A program made the translations under genes and the position numbers. A DNA stretch of 64,000 nt. Source: an uncultured virus (IMG/VR IMGVR_UViG_3300027806_000040) (lineage: Duplodnaviria > Heunggongvirae > Uroviricota > Caudoviricetes). The stretch lies in IMG/VR virus record IMGVR_UViG_3300027806_000040; one strand, written 5' to 3'. The notes beneath the pieces were generated by a model, which saw only the letters and a program-made list of their open reading frames with translations, was not told where the DNA came from and did no database searches. Of the stretch, positions 40,780 through 49,924 are shown piece after piece. Position 1 is the stretch's first letter. Each line of letters opens with the position of its first letter.

Positions 40780-43293
40780 ATGCTTTTCTTTGATACTGAA
40801 ACTTGCGGGTTCAATGGCCCGTTGATTTTGATCCAGTACGCTGTCGATGATTACGACCCGGTACTGTGGAATGTTTGGACCGAACCTGTACTGGACTCAT
40901 TATCCGTACTTGAAGAGTTCGGTAAACAAGACGTTGTTGGTTTCAACCTTTCGTTTGACTGGTTCCACATCGTAAAGATACATGCGATGCTCCAGCTTCT
41001 CTATGAGCGTAAGGGCAACGTACAACCAATCGGTTTCATCCAAGAGATGGCGGCTCTTGAGGCCGATGCTCGGTTCGGACCATGTATCAAACCTAAGTCG
41101 GCTTTGGACCTAATGCTCTTTGCTCGTAAGGGTCCATATCAATCTACGATGGACCGTAAGCCGGTTTATATTCGCAAGATTCCAACCGCAATGGTGGAGC
41201 CTATCATTACTGAGTTGACTTCTCGTTTGCAACTCAAGACTCTGTACCGTGGACAGTGGAAACAACGGCTCGTCGCTCCCGGTATGTCTGACTTACTTCT
41301 TCGCTTCAATCCAACTGGATCGTTGAAGGCTCTCGTCGTTGATACTGGTATCCGAGATACACGATCCACGTATGAAAGCCTCAAGGCTCCGCCTCCACCG
41401 TACGAGGCATCTTGGGCACCATTTGCAACCGCAATCTCGAAAGGCCCAATGTGGCGTGTCGAGCGAAAGGTTACTTGGCCGGGTATCATTCTCGATCACA
41501 TTGGATATTGGGCATACTCAAATGAAGCTCAACAGTACGCTTTGGCTGATGTTGTTGATACTCGTGCTTTATATCGTCATTTCGGTAACCCTGAAACTGG
41601 CGACGATGATAGCGAGTTGGCTTGTATGGTCGGGGCTGTACGTTGGAGAGGTTACAGTATCGATGTTGAGGCTGCCAAGCGAGAATACGACCGACTAGGC
41701 GAACTTGCGAAGTCTGCTCCCACAGGTGATAAGAAAGCGTATGCTTGGCTATCACAGGTCATGACTCCGATGGAACTGGAACACTTGCGGGATGATAAGA
41801 ACAAGATCAGTACCGCCAAGTTGATACTCCAAGAGATTTCTGCATGGAACACGGATTGTAGTTGCGTAACTTACGAAAAGAAACTTGTTGAGAAAAAGGG
41901 TGGCTTCGGTGGAACAATCAAGTCCTACGAAACGGAACGACATTTTGTTCCTACTTGCTCATGTATCGAGGGCAACATCAGACATCTTGCAGCTGTGCGT
42001 GCTGAAGCCATCCTCACAGCACGACAGTCCAAACAAAAAAGAGCTACGCTTCGCAAGCTACTTGATGCTGGACGTTTCCACCCGTCAGCTTCTGTTATTG
42101 GAAGCCTTTCGGGCCGCATGTCGGGACGAACCACTGGAGCTAGCGGCGAACGGATTAAAGGTCTCAATGCTCTCGGTATCAATCGAGACCGCCGAGTTCG
42201 AGAGCTATTCACCTTCGCTGATACCGGTTACGCACTCGATGGAGGTGACTTTGAGGCTTACGAAATAGCCATTGCCGCCGCTGCGTACAATGATACTGCG
42301 TTGAATAACCAACTTCTATCATGTAACGAGTGCGGACACATTTACGACCCGGACGAGTACCGTAAGTTCGATCATTGTCCGTCTTGTGGCTGCTCGTATA
42401 CCAACTGTAAGACTTGCAAGGGTCAGACGGTTGTACGCGGCAATGATATCGTAAAGCCTTGTCGCTGCGGTAAGAACAACATTGGCAAGGGACGCGAGAA
42501 TACGACTCGTAAGATACATGCTCTGTTCGCAATGGAACTGTATCCCGGAAAGACTTACAATGATATTGTCGCGTCAAAAAGTACGGCCCATGATATGTAC
42601 GATGCCGGTAAACGGTCAATATTCGGCGGTCTACTATATGGCGGTGACGAGAACACGATGCTTCGACGGGTTGGTATACCCTTGGAAGTTGGTAAGCCGG
42701 CCCGTGATAAGTTCTTCAACCGCTTCCCCGGTATTAAGGCTGAGCAGACTGCGTGCTATGAGCGATTCTGTTCTATGCGTCAGGAAGGCGGACTCGGAAC
42801 CAAAGTGAGTTGGGTTGATCCTCAAGAGTACGTTGAATCCTTGACAGGGTTTCGACGATACTTTACTCTTGAGAACCAAATTGCAAAAACTCTGTACACT
42901 ATGGCCTCAGACCCGCCCGAATCGCTCGCGAAGTATAAGGGAAATATCATACGGCGAGATAAGGAGCAAACCTTTCTTGGAGCCGTACGGTCGGCCCTTT
43001 ACGGAGCAGCCTTCCAGTTGCAGGCCGCGTGTATGCGAGCCGCTTTGAACCATCGCATCCAGTCTACTGGTGCGATTCTAACCAAGCGGTTGCAGCGTAA
43101 GATATGGGACCATCAACCTAGCGGGGTTCATGAGTTCCTTGTCGTACCGATGCAGGTGCATGACGAAGTTATTTGTCCATCAAAAGTTGATTTGTTCTCG
43201 ACCATTGAACAGTTCATCAATGATACAAAGGAGCTTGTACCGTTGATTCACATTCAATGGAAAAGTGGTCTCAAGAATTGGAGCGAGAAATGA
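40780..43293 (+). CDS. polA: Family A DNA polymerase with 3'-5' exonuclease and Cys-rich insertions
   Basis: FFDTET, GFNLSFD, SGRMS, DFEAYE (motif A), KRSIFGGLLYG (B), N..IQ, VHDE (C); AAAGGAG RBS. Confidence 0.92.
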   Translation: MLFFDTETCGFNGPLILIQYAVDDYDPVLWNVWTEPVLDSLSVLEEFGKQDVVGFNLSFDWFHIVKIHAMLQLLYERKGNVQPIGFIQEMAALEADARFGPCIKPKSALDLMLFARKGPYQSTMDRKPVYIRKIPTAMVEPIITELTSRLQLKTLYRGQWKQRLVAPGMSDLLLRFNPTGSLKALVVDTGIRDTRSTYESLKAPPPPYEASWAPFATAISKGPMWRVERKVTWPGIILDHIGYWAYSNEAQQYALADVVDTRALYRHFGNPETGDDDSELACMVGAVRWRGYSIDVEAAKREYDRLGELAKSAPTGDKKAYAWLSQVMTPMELEHLRDDKNKISTAKLILQEISAWNTDCSCVTYEKKLVEKKGGFGGTIKSYETERHFVPTCSCIEGNIRHLAAVRAEAILTARQSKQKRATLRKLLDAGRFHPSASVIGSLSGRMSGRTTGASGERIKGLNALGINRDRRVRELFTFADTGYALDGGDFEAYEIAIAAAAYNDTALNNQLLSCNECGHIYDPDEYRKFDHCPSCGCSYTNCKTCKGQTVVRGNDIVKPCRCGKNNIGKGRENTTRKIHALFAMELYPGKTYNDIVASKSTAHDMYDAGKRSIFGGLLYGGDENTMLRRVGIPLEVGKPARDKFFNRFPGIKAEQTACYERFCSMRQEGGLGTKVSWVDPQEYVESLTGFRRYFTLENQIAKTLYTMASDPPESLAKYKGNIIRRDKEQTFLGAVRSALYGAAFQLQAACMRAALNHRIQSTGAILTKRLQRKIWDHQPSGVHEFLVVPMQVHDEVICPSKVDLFSTIEQFINDTKELVPLIHIQWKSGLKNWSEK

Positions 43294-43631
43294 GGGAGTA
43301 CGTTCTTGGGATATTGGAGGCTTATATTGAAGGACAGATTGCAGCTTGGAGACGCAAGTTGTATCGTGTTCGCAAGATGAAGCTACCTATGTTTACGGCA
43401 GCAGATGATAAGCGTGTCAACACATTACTTCTGCACTCGCGATATGATGAATTGTACGTTGTCCTTGAATCAATGGAGAAGCGTGACTTTTCTGCCCTTA
43501 CGGTAATGGAGTTACGGAAAGAAGCTGCTCTCGTTGATATCAAGAATTACCAGTCTCTTAACAAGTCCCAGTTGGTTTCTTTACTTACGGAGTATTACAA
43601 TGGATATCTACACCATTCATCGAACTCTTGA
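43290..43631 (+). CDS. Protein with Rho_N-like C-terminal domain
   Basis: LTVMELRKEAALVDIKNYQSLNKSQLV fits the Rho N-terminal domain pattern. Confidence 0.65.
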   Translation: MREYVLGILEAYIEGQIAAWRRKLYRVRKMKLPMFTAADDKRVNTLLLHSRYDELYVVLESMEKRDFSALTVMELRKEAALVDIKNYQSLNKSQLVSLLTEYYNGYLHHSSNS

Positions 43632-43968
43632 CTACCAGTTGTCAGAAACAATCAAGAAGGAGTACAAGGACATTTGGAACCGATTCCCTGAAATCGTGTC
43701 CAAGTTTCCAGAACTCACCCAAGAGGATATCAAAGGTGAGTTGGCCGGTTTGCTGAAAACTGAGGCGTGGCAGAATGTCCAAGATGTTTGGTTCGAGCGT
43801 AATGCTTCGCCTGACTACTGGGCACGATTGGCTGCTCTCACGGGACGCAACATGTTGCCCGAACAGAAACGATTGGCCAAGGTTCGCAAGTTGTGTGCCG
43901 CCAAGGTCGAAGATATCATTGAACAATTGATCGCAGTCTCGCCAACGGGATTCTTGGATGGAACCTAA
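43600..43968 (+). CDS. Hypothetical protein
   Basis: GGAG RBS; operon context. Confidence 0.6.
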   Translation: MDIYTIHRTLDYQLSETIKKEYKDIWNRFPEIVSKFPELTQEDIKGELAGLLKTEAWQNVQDVWFERNASPDYWARLAALTGRNMLPEQKRLAKVRKLCAAKVEDIIEQLIAVSPTGFLDGT

Positions 43969-44320
43969 GAGCTTTGCCAGAGGTAAACCGGAAGAAGCTA
44001 TTCGTACGCAGCTTAAAGCGTATCTGGAAGTCCGTGGCTGGTTCGTTATCATTACACATGGTAACGCTTACCAGTCCGGGCTGCCGGACCTCTACGCTAC
44101 GCACAAAAAGTTTGGTGGACGATGGATTGAAGTCAAACTTCCGGGAATGGTAGGGTCCAAGTTCACAAATGCACAATTGGAAGTGTTTCCGAAGTTGTGC
44201 TTAAACGGTTCTCCTGTTTGGGTATTAACTGGAGCAACCAAAGACGAATATGATAAACTTTTTACTATGAAGCAAGGTAACTTCGAAGTTTACCTGATTC
44301 AGCAGATGTACAAGAGGTAG
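43958..44320 (+). CDS. VRR-NUC nuclease
   Basis: E..I......YL, GLPDL, WIEVK, T.AQ. Confidence 0.85.
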   Translation: MEPKSFARGKPEEAIRTQLKAYLEVRGWFVIITHGNAYQSGLPDLYATHKKFGGRWIEVKLPGMVGSKFTNAQLEVFPKLCLNGSPVWVLTGATKDEYDKLFTMKQGNFEVYLIQQMYKR

Positions 44321-44322
44321 GT

Positions 44323-44502
44323 ATGGCTGTTGCTCCTGGGGAATGTAATTGTAACGGTTGTGGAAAGAGTATGGAATTGATCAGCACCATCAAGAAAGGC
44401 AGGGTGAGGTCAGACGTACATTTGTGTATCAAGTGCGGAACGATCGCAAACACGCTTACCAAGTTTGCAAAAAAGAGTCCAAGGAAAGAAGGTGACAAAT
44501 GA
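44323..44502 (+). CDS. Small zinc-ribbon protein (59 aa, not in the ORF track)
   Basis: GAGG RBS; CNGCG...CIKCG; ATGA coupling to the next gene. Confidence 0.6.
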   Translation: MAVAPGECNCNGCGKSMELISTIKKGRVRSDVHLCIKCGTIANTLTKFAKKSPRKEGDK

Positions 44503-44726
44503 GATACTGGATTCTTAAAGCTAAGGGCCTAACGTTTGACTACGATGTGGCTAACGGTTTCGTTGTTGCGGCTGCGTCCGCGAAAGATGCTCGCGTGATA
44601 GCTGCAATGAACTGTGGAGACGAAGGTCCAGATTACTGGATGGATTCAAAGAAATCAACGTGCGGTCACTTGCCCACGTACCCGGCCAAACCCAGACTTA
44701 TCATGAGGGACTTCAACAATGGGTGA
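44499..44726 (+). CDS. Hypothetical phage protein
   Basis: YD...GFVVAA.S...AR..A pattern of a small phage family. Confidence 0.65.
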   Translation: MRYWILKAKGLTFDYDVANGFVVAAASAKDARVIAAMNCGDEGPDYWMDSKKSTCGHLPTYPAKPRLIMRDFNNG

Positions 44727-45120
44727 GTCTACAATAATCGACGATGAAGGCAATCTTAGAACAGTTGATAGCTGGGCCGCAGGTGAAATTATTCGCTTAC
44801 GTCGCTTGATACGGAGAGACAACATGGCCAAGATTGGTGATGCAGTTTTACTGCCCTTTGGGCATGAACATAGAATCGCACGGGTTATTGCAATTGCTGG
44901 CAACGGCGGCGTAATTGCTGAGCCATATCCGGGAAGAAGTGACCTGATCAAAGTCGAGCGTGTGCCCGGTGAATGGCCTATGATAGGCTACTACACAATG
45001 AGGCGGGAAGTCTCATGGTTCTGGTGGCTTGGTATCGCTGATAAAATTGTGTATGAATTTATCCCAAATGGAGTTGTTACATGTCCACGTTCGGAACACA
45101 CGGAAACTGCATCAAAGTAG
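44719..45120 (+). CDS. Hypothetical protein
   Basis: Operon packing; alternative start near 44824. Confidence 0.5.
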   Translation: MGESTIIDDEGNLRTVDSWAAGEIIRLRRLIRRDNMAKIGDAVLLPFGHEHRIARVIAIAGNGGVIAEPYPGRSDLIKVERVPGEWPMIGYYTMRREVSWFWWLGIADKIVYEFIPNGVVTCPRSEHTETASK

Positions 45121-45638
45121 CCAGCGGCAAGTACGTTGACCTTGTTGACCCTGACCCGGCTACAATTGATATTGAGAGCATTGGAGCGGCTCTTGGTAAG
45201 TTGTGCCGGTTCGGTGGTCACTGTCCACGGTTCTACTCGGTTGCAGAACATTGTATCCATGCTTCCAAGTTGGCCTTGGATGATGGTTACATGGGCGATG
45301 CGTTGCGGGCTGTGTTCCTGCACGATGCAGCGGAAGCGTATGTTGGAGATATGGTCCGTCCTCTCAAGATGCACATCTCACAGTATCATGAGTTTGAGGC
45401 TCGAATCGAAAAGGCCATTGAGGCTCGTTTCAACATTCAGTTCGAACCGTGGCGAGATATCATCAAGAAGTACGACCAAGAGATGCTGAAAACGGAACGT
45501 TACCAAATGTGGCCGTTGGACAAGACCGAATGGGCAGGTATGGACGGAGCGTATCATGTTGTATTGCTCCGCTACTACCCGCCAAACGAAGCAACGTTTT
45601 ATTTTGAACAGTTCGCTCAAACATTGAAGATAACATGA
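45081..45638 (+). CDS. HD-domain phosphohydrolase (YfbR/YfdR-like)
   Basis: RFGGH...YSVAEH, LHDAAEAYVGD, D..ML..E. Confidence 0.88.
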   Translation: MSTFGTHGNCIKVASGKYVDLVDPDPATIDIESIGAALGKLCRFGGHCPRFYSVAEHCIHASKLALDDGYMGDALRAVFLHDAAEAYVGDMVRPLKMHISQYHEFEARIEKAIEARFNIQFEPWRDIIKKYDQEMLKTERYQMWPLDKTEWAGMDGAYHVVLLRYYPPNEATFYFEQFAQTLKIT

Positions 45639-45973
45639 AATACGAAGCAACAGTTCTTGATGTGATTGATGGCGATACGCTTGACGTATTGGTCAATCTC
45701 GGCTTTGGAGTCAGTATCAAACAACGAGTCCGCTTGTATCAAATTGATGCTCCCGAGTTGAGTTCGGAAGCAGGGAAGAAAGCCCTTGACTATGTTAAGA
45801 CGTTAGGTCTTGGTCGAGTCCAGCTTGATGTTCCTAGTGGAGTTCGAGACAAGTACGGTCGTTGCTTAGGTGATGTTTTCTTTCTCTACAACGGAGATTA
45901 CTACAGCCTTTGCAACATGCTTTTGATAAACGATCACGCACGTCGTCTTTTATACGGAGAAGAACATGATTGA
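45635..45973 (+). CDS. Thermonuclease (SNase-like)
   Basis: VIDGDT, VRL..IDAPE, DKYGR.L. Confidence 0.9.
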   Translation: MKYEATVLDVIDGDTLDVLVNLGFGVSIKQRVRLYQIDAPELSSEAGKKALDYVKTLGLGRVQLDVPSGVRDKYGRCLGDVFFLYNGDYYSLCNMLLINDHARRLLYGEEHD

Positions 45974-46406
45974 ACGTGAGATTAGTCAAGAAGAAATTCG
46001 AGCTTTGACGTTTGGTTTCAATGATTGGACGAAATACCGAGTTTTACGTTACAATGATACTCGTCGCGAGGGCGAGCTTGTGGCTGAGTATGATCATTTG
46101 TACAATACTTATTGTGCAAACAAACCGAAAACAGAAGTGCTGGGGACGGCACTACGATGTTTACCGTATGAAGGACTGGTCGAGATCGGGAAAATCTTCG
46201 AGGAGGGCCGCAAGAAATATGGCCTTGACAATTGGAAGAAAGGCATCAATGATACTGCCTACCAAGAAGAACGACTCGAACATGCTTTGCGGCACTTGAT
46301 GTTGTGGTCGAATGGTGATAGGGCTGAGAACCATCTTGCAAAGGTGGCTTGGTTCTGTCTCACTCAACTTTACTTTGAGGCACGTAACAATGGGAGCAGT
46401 TCTTAA
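45966..46406 (+). CDS. dATP/dGTP diphosphohydrolase-like protein (DUF5664)
   Basis: LP...L......FE.G..KYG.DNW.KG...ALRHL..W..G....HLA. Confidence 0.8.
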   Translation: MIEREISQEEIRALTFGFNDWTKYRVLRYNDTRREGELVAEYDHLYNTYCANKPKTEVLGTALRCLPYEGLVEIGKIFEEGRKKYGLDNWKKGINDTAYQEERLEHALRHLMLWSNGDRAENHLAKVAWFCLTQLYFEARNNGSSS

Positions 46407-46482
46407 TGCGGTTATGGCTGTTCTGGTAGCTGGAGCTATCGGAGCGATTCTTTACCACCTTTTCGTAGAGGAGGACTTCTAG
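46390..46482 (+). CDS. Small single-pass membrane protein (30 aa)
   Basis: GAGG RBS; MGAVLNAVMAVLVAGAIGAILYHLFVEEDF. Confidence 0.5.
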   Translation: MGAVLNAVMAVLVAGAIGAILYHLFVEEDF

Positions 46483-46775
46483 TGAAAGGTATTGCGTTTT
46501 TTGCTTTTTTCGTGTTGGTTTGTATCATGGCCCCCGCATCTTTCGCCCAATGTACGGGCGGGAGTTGCGAGTACGCCCGTCAGATGCAGGCCACTGGTGT
46601 GTTCAGGCATGACGCCAGCTATCGCGGGGCGGAAGTGATCTACTGGAGTAGCGGGACTGCCACCGCTGCACAGGCCCGACGATCATGGATGCGTTCGCCC
46701 GCACACAGGCGTTTGCTCCTGACCGGACGTATCAAGAACGTTAGTTGCTTCGGCAACTATTGTGTAGGTCGATAA
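46482..46775 (+). CDS. Secreted minimal CAP/SCP-domain protein
   Basis: Signal peptide; A..M....F.H....AE...W..SP.H..LL CAP motifs; GAGGAGG RBS. Confidence 0.75.
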   Translation: MKGIAFFAFFVLVCIMAPASFAQCTGGSCEYARQMQATGVFRHDASYRGAEVIYWSSGTATAAQARRSWMRSPAHRRLLLTGRIKNVSCFGNYCVGR

Positions 46776-46782
46776 CTTTACG

Positions 46783-46821
46783 GGCCACGGTTCCGCTTGC
46801 GGGGCCGTGGCTTTTTCTTTT
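46783..46821 (+). terminator. Intrinsic terminator
   Basis: GCCACGGTTCCGC-TT-GCGGGGCCGTGGC followed by TTTTTCTTTT. Confidence 0.8.
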
Positions 46822-46831
46822 GGAGTTTAAT

Positions 46832-47239
46832 ATGATACTGCTTGTTGATACTGTTTCCATTGGTGCGAAACTTTACAAAAAGTATGATGGTTCTAAGCTC
46901 GACTACGGGCGTTTCGTGCAACACGTACGTAGTGTGCATGAGGTAGAGGCCATGTTCGCGTACTTCGGTAAACAACCGACTAACAAAAACCTATCATTTG
47001 GTTGGCTACTTGACAAAATCGGTTTCGAGTTACTTTACGATGTGCCCGATGGTCAGTGGCTTGATGTGTTGCGAAAGTTATTAAATACGAAAAAGGAACT
47101 TATCATCGCAACAACGAACTCGGCCAGCAAATTCTGTTTGAAAGGAAAATCGTTTGAACTTTACACGGTAGGCGATGTGCCTGACCTACGTAGGTTCGCA
47201 ACTGATACACACGACCTCTCAGAGTTCATTTTGCGATGA
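46832..47239 (+). CDS. NYN/LabA-like PIN-domain protein (degenerate)
   Basis: ILLVD..S....LDY..F...AY.......F...L...GF; acidic catalytic residues partly missing. Confidence 0.5.
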   Translation: MILLVDTVSIGAKLYKKYDGSKLDYGRFVQHVRSVHEVEAMFAYFGKQPTNKNLSFGWLLDKIGFELLYDVPDGQWLDVLRKLLNTKKELIIATTNSASKFCLKGKSFELYTVGDVPDLRRFATDTHDLSEFILR

Positions 47240-47369
47240 AGTATCGTATCATGAGAAAGCTGGATGTCCTATTGTAAATGGCGTGGTCATCTGTTCTATT
47301 AACGGACCCGATCGGCAACTGCCGGAAACGGGGACAAGTATCGTATCATGGGAAACAGGAGCAAGTATC

Positions 47370-47573
47370 ATGGCAAGAGTCGCCATTGACGATGGCAACT
47401 GGAGCGAGTATCGTGAAGTTCGTCGCGTGATTGAATATCGTGACAATGCAATTTACAGAACTGAGTTTTTGAAATACGTCCGAGCCGACTATCAACCCGG
47501 CGAGGATGAGGTAATTTGTCCGCTGCCGACCAGCATGTTGCTGAACGGGCGAACGATTCTTGTAACTGAGTGA
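47370..47573 (+). CDS. Hypothetical protein
   Basis: AGGAG RBS then GTATC-ATG; MARVAIDDG... Confidence 0.55.
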   Translation: MARVAIDDGNWSEYREVRRVIEYRDNAIYRTEFLKYVRADYQPGEDEVICPLPTSMLLNGRTILVTE

Positions 47574-47583
47574 GGACTGTATC

Positions 47584-47967
47584 ATGGATTACTTGAACAT
47601 TGGCTGCACGCCGCCAGATGAACCCTGCGTTGGGGTTGGCAACGACGACTATGATAAGGGATCGCGAATCGAGACTCTGGTCTACAAAGATCAGTTGGCT
47701 CGTATGTTCCCGGAAGGGCGGTTCACGGTCAAGTCGTTTCCACACGACTTCGGTGCGTACCGCGAAGTTGTGGCGTACCTGACTGGCGACGAAGCAACTG
47801 ATAAAGCTGCGTTCGACGCGGAAGGAGGCGGCCCGCTTGAGTGGGACGAGATTGCTTTGAAAATGTTAGCCGAACGCGGCTATCATAAGTGCGAGTGTCG
47901 GTTGTGCGGTATGCAGTTTATTTCGTTGAACGGTTCGAAAGAAGTTTGTGTTGACTGTGGAGAGTAA
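47584..47967 (+). CDS. Hypothetical phage protein
   Basis: IG.TP.DE.C..VG...PHDFG.Y.EV family pattern; C-terminal CxxC pair. Confidence 0.7.
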   Translation: MDYLNIGCTPPDEPCVGVGNDDYDKGSRIETLVYKDQLARMFPEGRFTVKSFPHDFGAYREVVAYLTGDEATDKAAFDAEGGGPLEWDEIALKMLAERGYHKCECRLCGMQFISLNGSKEVCVDCGE

Positions 47968-47968
47968 C

Positions 47969-49246
47969 ATGTTTATCATGATTGGTAACGAAGGCGTTTG
48001 CGACATTGAATCGTTTACCCTTCTTGGTGCGTCCTCTGCCCGTGGCACGGATGCGATTGGTCAATTCGGTTCCGGTGCCAAGCACGCTATCAACCTGTGC
48101 CTCCGCGAAGGTGTGCCGGTTGTTGTGTTCATTGGGACCGAGCGTTACGAGTTCACCATGCGGCCACGTATTGTGAATGGTAAGACTTTTAATCAGGTCT
48201 ACTGCAATGATACTCCCAAGGATTGGGTGGTCGAGTTCGGTGCATTGGACTGGACCGGCATGGAGCTTGCGTTGCGAGAGTTCATCTCAAACGCAATCGA
48301 CCAAGTTGGCTGGTCCAAGATGGTCGTGACTACGGAGACGGAAGCCGTAGGCGTTGAGGGTCAGACCCGGGTGTACGTCGGTGCTCACCCTGATGCGTTG
48401 AAGATGTTTGGTCGCCTTGATACTTACTTCCTCCATGCATCCGGCCGGGACAAGGAAACGTTCTTGCCCGGTATATCCGATGTGTTGCGAGTATACCGAC
48501 GCGGTGTGCTTGTGTTCGAGCAAAAGGTTGGCGTGTGCCTCGGAGCTTACAACTTTAAGGATATCAAAGTGTCCGAGTGCCGTGTGGCCAAGGCGTCGGA
48601 CGTATCATGGGAAGTTGGATGCCTGTTGCGGAATGATATGGAGTTCTTCCAGACTGTGCTGAAAGCGTACCGACGTGACCTGTGGGAAGCGTGTGACGCA
48701 TGGTTCCTCAGCGGGAGCGAGGAAGAACAACTGGCCTCATTCTACAAAGTCTTTGGTGAAGATGCCGTTCTACTCCAAGGCGACGCGACACATGCAGCAG
48801 CGTCCGGCAAGAAGATCATTGATATTGGTTCCTCAATCGGGTTCCATCTTGCTTCGCGAGTCAAGGTTCCAGTATCATCGGCCTTTGTACCCAAGTATAA
48901 AGAGCTGACACAAACTGTATCCGCCCCGTCACCGAAGCTGATGAAGAAGGTGAAATACTTGTGGCGTATGATCGTCCGCTACAAGATGCATCACGGCAAG
49001 GCGTGTCCGCTCGTCTGGTCGTACACTCGGTCGATGAAAGGCGGGGCACTGGTTCGTGGTTTCTATGATAACGGAGCCATTTTCATCGAGTCCGATTCCG
49101 AGGATTTGCAAACGATCCTTGAAGAATTGGCACACCATGCGTCCGGTGCGGCGGACGGTACTAGGGATTTCCAAGAATGGATTCTGAAATTCACTTGTAA
49201 AATGATGAAGGAGAAGATCGATGGACTGTCTGCAAAGAGCCTTTGA
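47969..49246 (+). CDS. GHKL/HATPase-like ATPase with C-terminal zincin-like motif
   Basis: LGASS, IGQFGSGAK, ALREFISNAID; ILEELAHH. Confidence 0.75.
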   Translation: MFIMIGNEGVCDIESFTLLGASSARGTDAIGQFGSGAKHAINLCLREGVPVVVFIGTERYEFTMRPRIVNGKTFNQVYCNDTPKDWVVEFGALDWTGMELALREFISNAIDQVGWSKMVVTTETEAVGVEGQTRVYVGAHPDALKMFGRLDTYFLHASGRDKETFLPGISDVLRVYRRGVLVFEQKVGVCLGAYNFKDIKVSECRVAKASDVSWEVGCLLRNDMEFFQTVLKAYRRDLWEACDAWFLSGSEEEQLASFYKVFGEDAVLLQGDATHAAASGKKIIDIGSSIGFHLASRVKVPVSSAFVPKYKELTQTVSAPSPKLMKKVKYLWRMIVRYKMHHGKACPLVWSYTRSMKGGALVRGFYDNGAIFIESDSEDLQTILEELAHHASGAADGTRDFQEWILKFTCKMMKEKIDGLSAKSL

Positions 49247-49601
49247 GTACGTGTACGACCTGCAACTCGGAGCGTTGGACGGTTGTAACCACTATCAACA
49301 GGTGATGGAGCGGTTAGGTGTTCCTATCATTGCTATTGAGGCCATGCCTCAGTACGATGGTAGGGACTGTTTTGTGGACCCGCACAAGCGGTTCCAAGGT
49401 TACTTACAGGGACAAGGAGTGTTAGCAGGGACGATGAATGGCAAGTATCATGCGATCGGGTGGCTCGGACCCGGCAAGTGGTACAGTGATGGAAAGGTGC
49501 ATAACTCGTGGCCGGAGATGGGAATGAAAGTGTTGTATGTGATACCGAAGCCCTACGACTTGTTTTTATCGCTGAGCGAGTTGCTCGGCGATACGGACTA
49601 G
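49221..49601 (+). CDS. Hypothetical protein (possible peptidase-like fold)
   Basis: AAGGAG RBS; DC near the N-terminus, HAI motif. Confidence 0.5.
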   Translation: MDCLQRAFEYVYDLQLGALDGCNHYQQVMERLGVPIIAIEAMPQYDGRDCFVDPHKRFQGYLQGQGVLAGTMNGKYHAIGWLGPGKWYSDGKVHNSWPEMGMKVLYVIPKPYDLFLSLSELLGDTD

Positions 49602-49924
49602 AGCCAAAGTATTGCGAAGCATACGAACTTTACCTCAAGGGTAAGGGTATGCGTTACGTTGAATCTTGCCTGCATTGGGCGTACAAGACGGACCTGCGTC
49701 GTCGTAAGGTCGAGTCTTTGCCCGATGGGGCGTGTGACCACCATGATACGGTGGACATTTGGGATGTAATAAGCAAGGTGGCGGACGATCTGGAAGTCCA
49801 GATTGTTCGTCACCTTGAGGCGGGGTACACAATGCTTGAGATCGGTTTGATACTCAACATTGCACCCGCCACGGTACACGGTCGTATTGATTCTTTACGC
49901 AAACGATTGGAGAATGAACTATGA
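49508..49924 (+). CDS. Minimal sigma-70/ECF-like factor (region 4 HTH)
   Basis: GYTMLEIGLILNIAPATVHGRIDSLRKRL; D.RRR resembles the region 2 end; start uncertain. Confidence 0.65.
   Translation: MAGDGNESVVCDTEALRLVFIAERVARRYGLEPKYCEAYELYLKGKGMRYVESCLHWAYKTDLRRRKVESLPDGACDHHDTVDIWDVISKVADDLEVQIVRHLEAGYTMLEIGLILNIAPATVHGRIDSLRKRLENEL

Noticed and set aside
41840..42510. Intein or intron in polA
   Set aside because: Inserts are short, in-frame and Cys-rich, with no His-Asn splice junction or homing endonuclease motifs
45081..46406. 2-aminoadenine (Z-genome) pathway
   Set aside because: No PurZ/adenylosuccinate-synthetase homologue seen; HD and DUF5664-like genes also occur without it
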